A stretch of 64,000 bases of DNA from a virus. The stretch lies in the IMG/VR virus record IMGVR_UViG_3300032285_003860, one strand, 5' to 3'. Both the position numbers and the translations under genes were made by a program. This document shows, in pieces, positions 63,936 through 64,000 of this stretch; positions within the stretch are counted from its first letter, which is position 1; every line of letters begins with the position of its first letter. Below the pieces are notes generated by a model, which was not told the DNA's origin, searched no databases, and saw only the letters and a program-made list of their open reading frames with translations.

Positions 63936-64000
63936 GCAGATAAGATATTATATTTCGACTGCCATGTCAAGAGATTTTACAGGCGAGCCAAGAAATCTTC

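Noticed and set aside
1-64000. Stop-codon reassignment
   Set aside because: Known genes are full length in the standard code, all three stops terminate genes, and no suppressor tRNA was found

Overview
AT-rich (roughly one-third GC, by eye) 64 kb fragment of a large lytic dsDNA phage, probably infecting a diderm host (it encodes lipoproteins, spanin-like genes, a beta-barrel OMP and a GT9). Layout: (1) 1-11.4 kb, minus strand: glycan-modification cluster (GT9, epimerase, RfbH-type dehydrase, GT2, GT17, two GT4, two methyltransferases, radical SAM), plus a SET-domain protein, SSB-like protein, sigma factor and dNMP kinase. (2) 11.4-12.0 kb: divergent non-coding gap holding a promoter-to-terminator, highly structured ~370-nt RNA followed by C(GNA)G DNA mini-hairpins (candidate RNA-primed origin). 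(3) 12-38 kb: class II RNR, tmRNA, ECF sigma, a putative lysis/membrane module including a TM-PAS protein, a PlcP-like phospholipase with a glycosyltransferase, HNH nucleases, tRNA clusters interleaved with unexplained structured RNAs, ferritin, ThyX and UvsE. (4) 38-64 kb: early-type region with many small genes, dCMP deaminase, dUTPase, ligase, rIIB/rIIA, HhH glycosylase, RuvB-like ATPase, DUF932 and a methyltransferase, ending in regularly spaced G/C palindromes. Strongest observations: an A18/G55 elbow swap co-varying in 5 of 11 tRNAs; a TTGAC-to-ATG spacing of 35 nt implying leaderless early mRNAs, plus a second GTGTAA promoter class; a phage plcP-GT pair suggesting lipid remodelling; a holin-region PAS sensor; and several orphan structured RNA/DNA elements. 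No CRISPR array, integrase or structural head genes were seen. All family calls come from motif recognition, not database searches.
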